A stretch of DNA of 64,000 nucleotides from positions 1 through 64,000 of the forward strand of contig CAWJQQ010000007.1 in the NCBI GenBank assembly GCA_963845065.1. The letters run 5' to 3'. The DNA comes from Nitrospirota bacterium (lineage in GTDB: Bacteria > Nitrospirota > UBA9217). The translations under genes were made by a program, and so were the position numbers. The notes beneath the pieces were generated by a model that saw only the letters and a list, made by a program, of their open reading frames with translations, was not told the DNA's origin and did not search any database. Shown here one piece after another: positions 52,577 to 63,842 of this stretch. Position 1 is the first letter of the stretch, and every line of letters starts with the position of its first letter.

Positions 52577-53674
52577 TTATTTTTTAAAAATTAGTTTCGC
52601 CGCGAGGATCGCTTTTGCCCTCTTCAAATGACTTTTCACCGAATCACTGTCATTGATTGCAAGGTGGATCTCTTTAGCGATCTCCTCTTCCCCTGCCGCA
52701 CTCGCCTTTCCGGCCCATTCGCGGTAATTCTCGGCGTGGCTGTCGTCGTGTTCTATCCAGTGTTCAAGCATGACGTGTAATTTTTGCAGATTTTCGGAGC
52801 CGTGACTATGCTCCTGTTCGTGTGAGTGGCTGTGGTGCTTGTGGTTTTCGTGCATAGCGCCTCCATTTGAATGAATATGTCCGAAATGACCATGCCGGTG
52901 TACATGAGCCATGTCACCGTGATAGTGAGCATGTTCGTGAATAAGATTGACACCGAGCAATAGTTCATCATTTGTCATGATGTCAGAAAACGCGCCGTCT
53001 GCTGCAACGGCATGGTTTTCAGAAAGAACAACCGCCCGCTCGGCTATATCCCCAGCGATTGAGAGGTCGTGAGTGGCTGTAATGATCGTTTTCCCTTTTT
53101 TGTACAGGTCATGAAGAATCTCGATGAGCCAGACCTGGGTACGGGGGTCGAGTCCGTTCGTGGGTTCGTCCAATAAAAGCACTTCTGGGTCCATTGCTAG
53201 GCTTGACGCGATTGCTACCTTCTTTTTCTGACCATCTGATAACGTATGAGGAGCGCGGTCGCGAAGTTCCGTAATGCGGAGCGATACGAGTTGATTCTCG
53301 ACGATATCGCGGATTTCCTCAAGCGTAACACCGAGTTGCAGTGGGCCGAAGGCAATCTCGTCCCAGACTGTGGCTGAAAAAAGCTGAACATCGGGATTCG
53401 AAAACACGAGGGCTACCTTCTTGCGGAAATCCATGGAAAAAGCCCGGTCTAAGAGAGCATCTTCGGACAATGGCCTCCCGAAGGCTTTCGTCGTCCCTGA
53501 GTTGGGAAAGACCAGACCGTCCATGATAAAAAGGAGTGTGGATTTTCCAGTGCCGTTCGCGCCGAGGATGACTGTACGGCTTCCCGTCGGGAAGTCGAGA
53601 GTCATGTCCTGTAAAACCGGAACGCCGTTCGCATAGGCATATGTGATATTTTGCAAACTAAATGCAAGCGTCAT
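52577..53674 (-). CDS. cbiO: ECF transporter ATPase (CbiO/NikO) with His-rich extension and extra C-terminal domain
   Basis: Walker A GANGTGKST, LLLDEP, His-rich tail. Confidence 0.88.
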   Translation of the reverse strand: MTLAFSLQNITYAYANGVPVLQDMTLDFPTGSRTVILGANGTGKSTLLFIMDGLVFPNSGTTKAFGRPLSEDALLDRAFSMDFRKKVALVFSNPDVQLFSATVWDEIAFGPLQLGVTLEEIRDIVENQLVSLRITELRDRAPHTLSDGQKKKVAIASSLAMDPEVLLLDEPTNGLDPRTQVWLIEILHDLYKKGKTIITATHDLSIAGDIAERAVVLSENHAVAADGAFSDIMTNDELLLGVNLIHEHAHYHGDMAHVHRHGHFGHIHSNGGAMHENHKHHSHSHEQEHSHGSENLQKLHVMLEHWIEHDDSHAENYREWAGKASAAGEEEIAKEIHLAINDSDSVKSHLKRAKAILAAKLIFKK

Positions 53675-54555
53675 CTAAGTATTCCCCTGTCCAAGAGGAG
53701 TAGCAGTACTGCGACAGCTGACACAGTCAGCATCCATGCGTAATCAATGGCAGTGATACGGAAGCGGTTCACTGTCCTGAATTCACCGTGAAACCCCCGT
53801 GACAGCATGGCTTTGTAAACGTCATCTCCCATTTCGACAGTTTTTTTGAAGGTGACGCCGATGCGCGACGCCGTCCAATTTCGTTCAACGGCAGGGGCGA
53901 ATGGTCGTACAGTTCTGCTCAACCTCCCGCGGTACATGTCCTGGATCAGCCGAAGCAAAACGAAGAGATAACGCTCAGTCATCCCAAGAGTGACCACGAA
54001 TATGCGTGGAACGAACAGACTGCGAAGTCCAGAGAATATCTCGGCCCACTTCGTTGTAAGCGTCAGCAGTACGGCCAGGGAAACCGATGCCGAGACCCGG
54101 GAAACAAGCATTACTGCGCCCAAGAGCCCCTGGCGCGTCACCGCGAGCTCCGTGGGTATAGAATAAGGCCCCCAAGCATAACTCCGTGAGAACTTTCCCA
54201 GAACAAACACTGGCTCTCCAGGCGTGATGATATTCAGTACCGCTGGCAAAACGATAGCAGCTGAAAACAGCGGCACAAAAAGCCAAACGCGTTTAATAAA
54301 AAACCAGAGAGGAACGCTAGAGATGAATGCAAGGACAAGGCAGAAGCCATAGGCCATCCAGATTGTTTGCAGGGCGTGAAAAACACTTACAAGTACAATG
54401 AGGCATAGAAAGCTGACAAGTTTCACTCGGACATCGAGTACCTGAAGCAAGCCCGGCCGCCGGGCAAAGACCTCGGAGAGCAGAGACTGCTCCGTGATTT
54501 GAGCTGCTGCCAACAATGTCTTGTCAAGGAATTTTACGCGCGACATCCCCGCCAC
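53671..54555 (-). CDS. cbiQ: ECF T component CbiQ/NikQ
   Basis: LDVRVKL, RYLFVL, AMLSRGF. Confidence 0.88.
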   Translation of the reverse strand: MAGMSRVKFLDKTLLAAAQITEQSLLSEVFARRPGLLQVLDVRVKLVSFLCLIVLVSVFHALQTIWMAYGFCLVLAFISSVPLWFFIKRVWLFVPLFSAAIVLPAVLNIITPGEPVFVLGKFSRSYAWGPYSIPTELAVTRQGLLGAVMLVSRVSASVSLAVLLTLTTKWAEIFSGLRSLFVPRIFVVTLGMTERYLFVLLRLIQDMYRGRLSRTVRPFAPAVERNWTASRIGVTFKKTVEMGDDVYKAMLSRGFHGEFRTVNRFRITAIDYAWMLTVSAVAVLLLLLDRGILR

Positions 54556-54574
54556 CTGTATAAACCGTTACAGC

Positions 54575-54913
54575 CTACTTCTCACTGTTCTTGCGAACCA
54601 GTAATTTTGAGATAATATACATGATACCTGCTATGAGTGCAATACCGACGACAGCAGATAGCATATAACCGATACTTTCTACTGCAAGCCCTTTGCTCCC
54701 GACGGGTACGCCGTAATCAGGTAAAGGCGCCTTCCAGATGCCAGCAATTCGTTTTAATCCTTCGGGAACGAACCCAGCGACATTTTCGATCTCTGAAAGA
54801 CTCCACTCGCCCCATGCGCCCCCAGCGCCAAACCATTGTGGAATGATGATTCCGAGGGGCGATAGGAGGGCCAGTACGCCTATGCCGATCCACAGTTTTT
54901 TCGTTGTTGTCAT
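54575..54913 (-). CDS. PDGLE/NikN-like membrane component
   Basis: AWGEW..APLPDY, two TM helices, operon context. Confidence 0.8.
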   Translation of the reverse strand: MTTTKKLWIGIGVLALLSPLGIIIPQWFGAGGAWGEWSLSEIENVAGFVPEGLKRIAGIWKAPLPDYGVPVGSKGLAVESIGYMLSAVVGIALIAGIMYIISKLLVRKNSEK

Positions 54914-54931
54914 TTTCTCAATCTTCTCATA

Positions 54932-55606
54932 TTAGCTTAAGCGAAGCATTTCTGGATTATTCTTCTGAAAGTATTTGATCACCAGGGCGGTAATAAGAGC
55001 TTCGACAAAGCCGAACAGCAGTAAGTACTCTGCTGCCATAGCTGGTATCGCAATGCTTAATGGAAAAGGAGAATAGAGTGGTTGGCCAGTTGCAGATTTT
55101 TCCAGGATTGGCTGAATGCCTAACTCGATTGCCGTAACCAGAGCAGACACATTCAGACTCACATACCCGGCGATTGCAGCGGCGACCAATCTCCTTCTGT
55201 CCGTTTGACCTGAGTTTGCAGCGATCAGTCGATACACGCCGTATCCTGTGAATACCCCGACCACGGCCATGTTGAAACAGTTAGCGCCGATGGCAGTGAT
55301 TCCACCGTCACCGAACAGGAGGGCCTGAATGATGAGCGCAACTGACACGGAAATCAAGGCGGCCCAGGGACCCAGTAAAATTGCGACCAGCGTAGCGCTT
55401 GTTGCATGTCCCGTGGTTCCACCTACGATAGGAATGTTAAACATCATGATCACGAAGCTAAATGCCGCCCCGAGCGCTAGATACGGCGCTTGCTTCGATT
55501 GCAGTGTTTTATTTAGTTTTCGAGCAGCAATCGCCCAAAAGGGAATAGTAATGGCATACATCGTTCCGTAAGTAGCAGGCCCTAAATATCCGTCAGGAAT
55601 ATGCAT
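54932..55606 (-). CDS. cbiM: ECF S component CbiM/NikM
   Basis: Diagnostic N-terminus MHIPDGYL; GTTGH; FGDGG. Confidence 0.92.
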   Translation of the reverse strand: MHIPDGYLGPATYGTMYAITIPFWAIAARKLNKTLQSKQAPYLALGAAFSFVIMMFNIPIVGGTTGHATSATLVAILLGPWAALISVSVALIIQALLFGDGGITAIGANCFNMAVVGVFTGYGVYRLIAANSGQTDRRRLVAAAIAGYVSLNVSALVTAIELGIQPILEKSATGQPLYSPFPLSIAIPAMAAEYLLLFGFVEALITALVIKYFQKNNPEMLRLS

Positions 55607-55881
55607 GAGTTTCTCCTCCGAAACAACGCAAGCATCGCACTTCCTAAAGTACATCTTAAAAATTAAACTCTTCTTGGCTGAAAGCGATCAGTCCGTCTCT
55701 GATGGTGAGGAAAGGACGGGCGATTGATAATTTACATTCGAGGAAGGAAATAACATTATTATTTTGGTGAACAACGGTCTCCATATGACCGATAGCTCGG
55801 CTGCACACCATGCTTGCTAGAGTGTACAAGGAGGACACTAAATATGACACCGGTGTACATGGCCAACTAATGAACTTATGT

Positions 55882-56667
55882 TCAGAATCGCCAAGCCGTA
55901 CCTGTAAGTGTTGTAAATTCCTCAGCATCTTTGGTCAAACCTGCGCGCACGGAGATGTCGATATACCACGTTCTGGAAATATCATATTTAAAACCGGCCA
56001 TCAAGGTATATGGTTTGGTATATGCTTGCGTATCCAACGCTTTATCCTGTGTTTTCGCAAAATCTCCTGCCAATTCCGCTAAAAAATAAAAAGGCTCAGT
56101 AATTTTGTGTTCTAGGGCAAGACCGAAGCGGAAGGTATAATTCTGGGCATAATGCCCTTTCTTCAAGTCCGCACCTGCGATTTCATAGGCGGCACTGACA
56201 TGATAAATATTGCTGCAGCATCCCTGTTGGTCCATCACTTGGATACCGAGCAGCGTGGTACCGGTCCCCAGCCCACTATTCGCGTCCCCCGTGGGAAGGC
56301 CGCTGTAGATTTCAATACCTGATGATTGATTCACTTCATTTTCATTGATCCGATATTTAAGTTTCAGTTGGACGTCTCCTACCCCTCTTTCATATAGGCC
56401 CACATTAGGGCTCTGGTCGAGCATAAGATATGGGACCTCAAGGATAATGTCAGTATGATCGCCCGTCCCCGCCGTGAATACCCCGCTCAAGTCTGTTGCC
56501 GTATTGCCGCCATTTTTTAATTTTTCATAGTTGCCATTAAGCTCGAAGAGAAAGTTTCCCTTTCCTTGTGTGTTCGTATCTTCCACCTGGAATGGATAAA
56601 CGGCCCATACTGAGGTTGGTATAAGCATAAGAATACCGATAAAGCATCCTGCTATTGCACAACGCAT
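55882..56667 (-). CDS. Putative outer-membrane beta-barrel transporter
   Basis: Signal peptide, GVGDVQL..LPTGD, terminal WRF. Confidence 0.7.
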   Translation of the reverse strand: MRCAIAGCFIGILMLIPTSVWAVYPFQVEDTNTQGKGNFLFELNGNYEKLKNGGNTATDLSGVFTAGTGDHTDIILEVPYLMLDQSPNVGLYERGVGDVQLKLKYRINENEVNQSSGIEIYSGLPTGDANSGLGTGTTLLGIQVMDQQGCCSNIYHVSAAYEIAGADLKKGHYAQNYTFRFGLALEHKITEPFYFLAELAGDFAKTQDKALDTQAYTKPYTLMAGFKYDISRTWYIDISVRAGLTKDAEEFTTLTGTAWRF

Positions 56668-56719
56668 ACACGATCTCCTGAAAGTAATTCTGTCGCAGTG
56701 AAAAAGTCGTTTGTTCAAG

Positions 56720-57139
56720 CTATACTAGCTCTTTCCCTGTTGTTGTCATGGTCAACTTGCCGTGCTTCACGCCGCGAGTGCCGATAAGACGATCTGCGAT
56801 CTTTTTGATCTCGTGGCTCTTGCCCTTAACAACCAATACTTCGAGGCAGTTATGGGAATCAAGATGTACATGAAGAGCAGAAATGATTTGTTGGTAGGAT
56901 TTGTGCTGCATGTCCGTGAGCGCGTGCTCAAGTTCGCGAGTATGATGGTTGTACACAATTGTAATAGTACCAACTGTCTCCCGATTTTCGGCTTCCCATT
57001 CCTGCTCCACGAGGCTGTCGCGAATCATATCGCGGATGGCCTCAGATCGGGTAGTATACCCTTTGCGGCTGATAAGCGCATCAAATTTTTTTATGAGCTG
57101 ATCGTCAATAGATACGCCGAAGCGGGTCAAGCCGGACAT
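56720..57139 (-). CDS. nikR: Nickel-responsive regulator
   Basis: RHH domain [25 protein letters not shown]. Confidence 0.95.
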   Translation of the reverse strand: MSGLTRFGVSIDDQLIKKFDALISRKGYTTRSEAIRDMIRDSLVEQEWEAENRETVGTITIVYNHHTRELEHALTDMQHKSYQQIISALHVHLDSHNCLEVLVVKGKSHEIKKIADRLIGTRGVKHGKLTMTTTGKELV

Positions 57140-57149
57140 AAGAACCTCC

Positions 57150-57177
57150 GTGCTACGTTTTATTAAATTAGTAACAC
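57150..57177. promoter_or_regulatory. Putative NikR operator GTGCTA-N16-TAACAC
   Basis: 6-16-6 inverted repeat immediately upstream of nikR. Confidence 0.65.
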
Positions 57178-57299
57178 TATAGCATTTTCCTGTCAAGCGT
57201 TTTTTTGAGCTTGTCTTATTCACCTTGACAAATTCACTATCATTTGATACTTTTAACTAGCGTGACGAGACTGATTATTTCTTTACAGGAGACATTATC

Positions 57300-58070
57300 A
57301 TGAGAAAGATACAAATGTTTGCCATAAGTGTGTTCGTCATTGCAATTGTCGTTGTCCCGTATCGCGCGTTTGCATTTATTGGCGTGGAAGTGGGTGTGGG
57401 TTATTGGCAACAATCGCCATCAGGCACATTGTCGTATCAGGGAACGAATGACATCGATCTCAAAAATGATTTACAATTAAGCGAGAAGAGCCAGGTGTTC
57501 GTTCGTGTTAAGGCTGAACTGCCATTGATCCTTCCCAACATCTATTTAATGGCCACACCGGTGTCATTTCGGGGATCTGGAACTCTAACACGGCCTATTA
57601 CCTTTGGCAATACAACATTTAACGTCAGTGCACCGGTTCAAACAAGCCTCAAGCTGGATCAATACGATCTTGCGTTATTTTATCCGATTCCCCTCATCAA
57701 AACTGCGACCCTTGGTAAACTAAATATTGATCTCGGTTTGAACGCGCGGAAAATTGATTTTGAAGGAACGATCAGCCAAGACACATTGGGTGTGTCCGCC
57801 TCCAAGAGCCTGTCGATCTACTTGCCAATGGTTTATGCAGGAGTACAAGTAAAACCCATATCACTATTTGCTATTGAAGGTGAATTCAGGGGGATAGCTA
57901 TAGGTCAGAATCACTTTTATGATTATATTGCGAAAGTAAGAATCAATCCGGTTCCGATTTTCTATATCAGCGGCGGTTACCGGTCTGAGGACATCAAGAT
58001 TGATCAGAGTGCTGTGACGGCAGATGTAAAATTCAGTGGCCCATTTGTAGAGGTAGGGTTAAGTTTCTAG
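57300..58070 (+). CDS. Outer-membrane beta-barrel protein (TIGR04219-like)
   Basis: Signal peptide, amphipathic strands, terminal F. Confidence 0.7.
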   Translation: MRKIQMFAISVFVIAIVVVPYRAFAFIGVEVGVGYWQQSPSGTLSYQGTNDIDLKNDLQLSEKSQVFVRVKAELPLILPNIYLMATPVSFRGSGTLTRPITFGNTTFNVSAPVQTSLKLDQYDLALFYPIPLIKTATLGKLNIDLGLNARKIDFEGTISQDTLGVSASKSLSIYLPMVYAGVQVKPISLFAIEGEFRGIAIGQNHFYDYIAKVRINPVPIFYISGGYRSEDIKIDQSAVTADVKFSGPFVEVGLSF

Positions 58071-58857
58071 CATTGTAACCTTCCGAACTTGCAATCTTGC
58101 AATAACACGTTTTTTATCCAACTCTCTACTTTTCAGGTTCTTACAAAATCGATATGAAACCCCCGGCTGTAATGCTGTGGGGGTTTTTTGTCTTTTCCTT
58201 CCACGTTGTCCGAAGACTCTGCAACTACGTAAGCCCTGGATTTATCCATGGGTAAAAATGTTGCAATATAAAATTAATAATAACTTTGATACTACTAGAT
58301 AATTATTTACTTTTGCCAATGTTTTATACTTCCGCATCGGAGTGGTCGTTTACAGCCTGTTCCTAGGCTTTCGGCGTTTTGTCTGCCAGAATCATCGGCG
58401 TGTCATACGATTGCCGCGTTTCGGTGGAAGCTTATTTAGTTTGCCGGCCGGGTTGTCCTGAAGCTGGTAGTTGAAGCGGATTTGCTTGTTCTTGTACAAA
58501 GCACAACAATACAATGTTACAAAGAGAGTACGGCAGCGGATTGATGATGTTGCTCAAATCTGAGAGAAGTGCGCTCCGGAATACAGCGGAAGAGGTTTGT
58601 CTCAAATCAGTTGAAGGGACCGCCATGGATTTCATAATCTACGGGTGTTGATGACGTGAATCTCAGCACGGTCGCGTAACATGCGATACCGTCAAAAAAC
58701 GGCTGTTTGTCTTATTGGTGCAGCACTGTTAAAATCCTATCGCAGTTCTTAGTCCAGACAATAGTCTTGACAAAACATCTTCCCTTTGATAGGGTATCCA
58801 AAATAATATCTTCGGCAAACCGTCAATGTAAGCATAGCACCGATAAGGAGGATTTGC

Positions 58858-59595
58858 ATGAAGAAACTCGTAATTGCGATATCTATTGCGTTGTTGGTGG
58901 CAGTGCCGGCTATGGCAACCACGACATTCCAACTCCCCACCTCTCAGGATGATTTTAAGAACCTCAGCAGAGACCTTGGACTTGCAATTAGTTATGTACC
59001 TCTATCGCCTGCTGAGCCGCTAGGCGGTCTCCTGCCTGGCTTTGACGCAGGCGTCGAACTTACTGCAGTTACAATTAATAAATCTGCATCCTACTGGCAA
59101 AATTCTGTTACCAATTCATCAAGCCTTCCGAATTACTTGCTACTTCCCAAAGTACATGTTCAGGTGGGATTACCAGTTATCCCACTCGATTTTGGTGTTG
59201 AGTTCGCTACTATGCCGGGAACTGATATCAATGTCATTGGCGGCGAAATCAAATATGCAATCTTTAGCGGCGGAATTGTGATGCCGGCCATCGCAATCCG
59301 TGGAGCATACACCAAACTATCGGGCATAGATGTATTCAACATGGAGACCAAGTCTCTCGATCTTTCGATCAGCAAAGGGTTCGTTTTTCTTACCCCCTAT
59401 GTAGGCTTGAGTGAGGTATGGATTACCGGTACTCCGACAGGCTCCACAGCAACTGCTCTCAGCCAGGCAAATTTAAGCGAAACCAAAGGATTCATAGGTC
59501 TGAAATTTACTTTGTTACCAATACTGAACATTGTAGCGGAAGGAGATTTTTCCAGGGTAAATGCCTACTCACTCAGATTGAACGCGCATTTCTAA
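58858..59595 (+). CDS. Exported/outer-membrane hypothetical protein
   Basis: Signal peptide MKKLVIA..AMA, strong RBS, terminal F, downstream terminator. Confidence 0.7.
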   Translation: MKKLVIAISIALLVAVPAMATTTFQLPTSQDDFKNLSRDLGLAISYVPLSPAEPLGGLLPGFDAGVELTAVTINKSASYWQNSVTNSSSLPNYLLLPKVHVQVGLPVIPLDFGVEFATMPGTDINVIGGEIKYAIFSGGIVMPAIAIRGAYTKLSGIDVFNMETKSLDLSISKGFVFLTPYVGLSEVWITGTPTGSTATALSQANLSETKGFIGLKFTLLPILNIVAEGDFSRVNAYSLRLNAHF

Positions 59596-59711
59596 TATAC
59601 TGCTACGTGCTTCATTTCCACTCCCTCGGCATCAGACTGAGGGATTTTTTCACAATCACTTCTTTGCACACCACCCTTGCCGCATTTGCCTCTTTGTGCT
59701 ATATTTCCTTC

Positions 59712-60506
59712 GTGGAAACAAAAGTAGAAACTCCGGTGCTTAAAGTGATCGGCAACAACATCGAGGGTGTCATTGATGAAGTCGCATCAGAACTCCCGAT
59801 CAGACTCGTCTTAAACAATGAGCCGTTCGTAACGCTCCTGTGCACTCCAGCCGAAATCCGGGAACTCACTGTTGGTTTTCTCTTATCTGAAGGGCTTCTC
59901 CGAGACTACGCTGCGATCAAAAAAATCGAAGTAAATGAACGGGAGGCGATGGTACTGATCGAGCTTTCTGATCTTCCTCCGGATTTTTCCAAACTGTTTG
60001 AAAAGCGGACTATCTCCTCTGGTTGTGGCAAAGGCGTTACTTTTACGAACTACCGAACGCCGCCAGACAAGAGAATTCGTGTCAAAGGCCGGCTCACGAC
60101 CATCAACGACATCAGACGTTTGCTCGGGACCTTCAGGACCATTTCAAAACTCTACCTAGAGACCGGTGGTGTGCATAGCGCTGCGCTCTCAGACGGAAAA
60201 GAAATCCTCCTGTTCGCAGAAGACATCGGCCGTCATAATGCCGTTGACAAACTCATCGGCAAAGCGTTTTTGCATTCCTTGTCAGTCGAGGATAAAATCC
60301 TGTTTACGAGCGGTAGAGTCACATCGGAGATAGTGACCAAGGCAGGCAGGAGCAGGTTTCCCATATTAATTAGTCGTGCAGCACCGTCATGTATGGCCAT
60401 AAGTTATGCAGAGGATATGGGAATCACGCTTGTCGGATTCGCTCGCGGAGACCGGATGAACATCTATTCATGGCCGACAAGAATACAAATAGACTCATTT
60501 AACTAG
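59712..60506 (+). CDS. fdhD: Formate dehydrogenase accessory sulfurtransferase
   Basis: SSGCG, TGGVHSAAL, EDIGRHNAVDK, LVGFAR. Confidence 0.92.
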   Translation: METKVETPVLKVIGNNIEGVIDEVASELPIRLVLNNEPFVTLLCTPAEIRELTVGFLLSEGLLRDYAAIKKIEVNEREAMVLIELSDLPPDFSKLFEKRTISSGCGKGVTFTNYRTPPDKRIRVKGRLTTINDIRRLLGTFRTISKLYLETGGVHSAALSDGKEILLFAEDIGRHNAVDKLIGKAFLHSLSVEDKILFTSGRVTSEIVTKAGRSRFPILISRAAPSCMAISYAEDMGITLVGFARGDRMNIYSWPTRIQIDSFN

Positions 60507-60657
60507 ACCTGCCCCGGCGAACCGCATAATGTCATCACAACCTGCCTCACTGCATCGAAGATGCAGCCTTTGCAAGTTGAAATGTGACGGTATTTCCGTT
60601 ATTTTTAGTCTGGGTATTCCTAATTGGGGATACCTGTTTTCCCTTTGAAGGAGGATT

Positions 60658-62376
60658 ATGAAAAATCTGCAAGAATTTACCTCTGAACCCATGATTTCCT
60701 ATTTTTCAATGGAAATCGGCATAAAAAATGATATCCCTACGTATAGTGGCGGTCTAGGTATCCTAGCAGGAGATACCATCAAATCTGCGGCTGACCTGGA
60801 GCTTCCCATCGTGGCTGTAACGCTCATCACACACAAAGGATATTTTAATCAGGAAATAGATGCCAATGGATGGCAAAAGGAAAAACCTGTAATATGGGAC
60901 CCTGCAAAATATATGACTCTTATCCCGGATAAAGTACGGTTACAGATTGAGGGGCGGGACGTCTACGTCCAGGCTTGGATGTATTTGGTCGTAAGCCCCA
61001 CGGGTGGTAAGGTGCCCATTCTTTTCCTCGACACTGACCTGCCGGATAATGCAGCTGAGGACAGGGCGTTGACGGACTATCTGTACGGCGGAGACAGCGA
61101 GTACCGAATCAAGCAGGAAGTTGTCCTGGGCATGGGAGGTGTTCTCATGCTTCAGGCGCTTGAATTCCATATTAAGAAGTACCACATGAACGAAGGTCAT
61201 GCCAGCTTCCTGGCACTCGAACTTCTCCTGAGGTTCAAGCGGGACATCGAAAGTGTTTGGGACGAGAGGTCGGTATGGGACATAGCCAGGGTAAGGGATC
61301 TCTGCGTCTTCACTACCCACACGCCGGTCGAAGCAGGGCACGATAAATTCCCTTATCCTTTGGTCAAGAAAGTGCTCGGAGAAATCATTCCCTTCGATGT
61401 TTTGAAAGATCTCGCTGGCTCGGACAATCTCAATATGACGCTGCTCGCACTTAATTTGAGCAAGTACGTCAACGGTGTAGCGAAGAAACACGGCGAGGTG
61501 TCACAGCACATGTTCCCCGGCTACCATATTCATGCCATAACCAACGGCGTACATTCATTTACATGGACCTGCGAAGACATGGCGAAACTCTATGATAAGT
61601 ACATACCCGGTTGGGCAAACGAACCTGAGCTTTTCGTACGTTCAGGCGTTATTCCGGAGTTGGAACTCTGGGAAGCACACCGTGAGGCGAAGAGAAAGCT
61701 GCTAACTTATGTGGGCGAAGCGACCGGCGTTGTGATGGATCCCAATGTTCTTACGCTGGGGTTTGCTCGCCGGGCAACAGCATATAAGAGGCCACACCTT
61801 CTCTTTTCCGATGTCGACCGCCTTCTCGCGATAGCGGAAAAAAATAAGCTGCAAATCATCTTCGCTGGCAAGGCGCACCCTCATGACGATAATGGAAAAA
61901 GTCTAATTCAGGGGATCTATGGTTACCGCGATAAACTCAAGGGAAAGATCTCAATTGCTTTTCTTCCAGGCTATGACATGGACTTAGCACTCAAACTCGT
62001 ATCTGGTGTGGACGTGTGGCTTAACACACCGCTGCGGCCGCTCGAAGCGTCCGGTACGAGCGGCATGAAGGCCGCTCATAATGGCGTAGTGAATTTTAGT
62101 GTGCTGGACGGTTGGTGGATCGAAGGTCACATCGAGGGATTTACGGGATGGTCGATCGGTGGGCTGACGTCCGAAAAGACGTTGCCGGGTTCGCTCGACA
62201 CAGAAGATGCCGTTGATCTCTACAATAAACTCGAGAATTTAATTGTTCCTAAATATTACGACTCAGACAAGAGCAAGTGGAGCCGAATGATGAGAAATGC
62301 TATTAGCAAGAATGCTTATTATTTCAACAGCCACCGAATGATGAGGAGGTATGTGACGGAAGCGTATATACGGTAA
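60658..62376 (+). CDS. glgP: Alpha-glucan phosphorylase
   Basis: YFSMEIG, YSGGLG, HMNEGH, EASGTSGMKA. Confidence 0.95.
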   Translation: MKNLQEFTSEPMISYFSMEIGIKNDIPTYSGGLGILAGDTIKSAADLELPIVAVTLITHKGYFNQEIDANGWQKEKPVIWDPAKYMTLIPDKVRLQIEGRDVYVQAWMYLVVSPTGGKVPILFLDTDLPDNAAEDRALTDYLYGGDSEYRIKQEVVLGMGGVLMLQALEFHIKKYHMNEGHASFLALELLLRFKRDIESVWDERSVWDIARVRDLCVFTTHTPVEAGHDKFPYPLVKKVLGEIIPFDVLKDLAGSDNLNMTLLALNLSKYVNGVAKKHGEVSQHMFPGYHIHAITNGVHSFTWTCEDMAKLYDKYIPGWANEPELFVRSGVIPELELWEAHREAKRKLLTYVGEATGVVMDPNVLTLGFARRATAYKRPHLLFSDVDRLLAIAEKNKLQIIFAGKAHPHDDNGKSLIQGIYGYRDKLKGKISIAFLPGYDMDLALKLVSGVDVWLNTPLRPLEASGTSGMKAAHNGVVNFSVLDGWWIEGHIEGFTGWSIGGLTSEKTLPGSLDTEDAVDLYNKLENLIVPKYYDSDKSKWSRMMRNAISKNAYYFNSHRMMRRYVTEAYIR

Positions 62377-62502
62377 TGAGTCTGTTTACCTTTCGCGCTG
62401 AACCTCCCCATGGCTGAAACCAGGGGGTTCTGAAAACCTTATCCAATTACTCTTCCGGGCTCTCACGACTGCAAAGGCCAGCCGCTACAACCTTTCACTA
62501 CC

Positions 62503-63830
62503 TTAAATGCCAGCAGCGACAACTTCCCGGACATCGATCTTGGCATGGTCTTCTTTCACAGGCGATCCGCTCTGTCTCCGGCCCAAACGAGTACGTTGTT
62601 TGAGACCGAAGCTGTGAGGAAAAGCACTCCTCGCATTCGCAGATTGTTGCTGCAATCTCGATACCGCCTGCTTAAGGAGCGGTTCCGCACCTGGCCAGTA
62701 TCTACTTGCCTCAGCCGTATCGAGAACACCGTCTTGAACGTGATACGCAAGATATGCGGAATAGAGGTCCCGTTGGGCTGCTACTCCGCATTCACAAACA
62801 TGTTGCCGCTGCGAGAGCGGTTTTTTCTTTACTGTTCCGCAATGGCAGGTTTGAGACAGCCTGAGTTTTCGAGTCGGGAGTTCAATCACTTTTCCGCCGG
62901 TACTCTCAGCCTTGCGAGAAAGCATTGATACAAAGGTTCCCGGTGCCCTTAAGCCCACGCTTTTACCAAAATTACGCTGCAATGATTTGTAGCTTAGTGT
63001 TTCAATATTAATGTTATTTCCCAGTGTTAAAACTTCATTGGTTAGTTTGCCATGAAGAGATTTTCTCTGCGCGGCTTGTTTCCGGTGAAGTTCTGATACT
63101 ACTGTCTGTATCGTCTGATAGTTCTTTGAATTGGTCCAGGTCTTGGCACCCTTTTTAACTGTGCCATCGGCGTTATAATTCCCAGAGTTTGTGGCCCTTC
63201 GTGACCGATCGAGCGCCCGTTGCAATCGTTTAATGGTCTTTTCGAGCGGTTCCAGCTCTTTACAAAACTGCTGAAGATCGGCGTAGCCATGAGTATAAAT
63301 AGCATACGTAGACGGGCCGAGATCCAGGGCGATTGTACCATCAGAGATGATGTTTTTGGTTTTCTGCTTCGGCAGCCCTTCCTGCACTAGCTGGGCGTAG
63401 AAGTAGTTTTTACTGCGCATCCGCCTGCAGATCAGCCTTACATATTTTGTCCTACAGGAAAGGGCGTGGGCCTGCACGCCATGTTTGTCTTTTTTGTGGA
63501 ATAAGCAGGGAAGTTCAAGACCAATCCACTCGATACGGCTTTGCTTTTCGTCTGTGCGGAAACGTATGCCAGCGGCGTTGCTCTTGGATTCAACACTTAA
63601 GAGTTGATGCTTGCCTTTGAACCTTGGTCTGCCTCTTTTTAGGGTATAATGCGTGCCTTTTGATATTGCTTGGATTCCCGCATGAGATCCAGGCGTTTGA
63701 GAGATTCGCCAAGACAGGCATTGTAAAGTTGCCGGGCCACGTCCATGCGCATGAGGAGTATCCTCTCCTGAGATGTACTGACCAGAAGAGACAATTCATG
63801 GATAAACGATGGTGTTGTTTTCTTTTCCAT
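62503..63830 (-). pseudogene. tnpB: TnpB, broken in the N-terminal region
   Basis: IALDLG, IETL, LSQTCHCG..CECG, QRDLYSA; N-terminal 63-aa piece ends in a stop. Confidence 0.82.
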
Positions 63831-63842
63831 ACAACTCCCTGA

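Noticed and set aside
58150..58720. Possible ncRNA or IscB/TnpB remnant (hairpins, a GVDxN-like scrap)
   Set aside because: No recognisable RNA-family motif and no coherent reading frame
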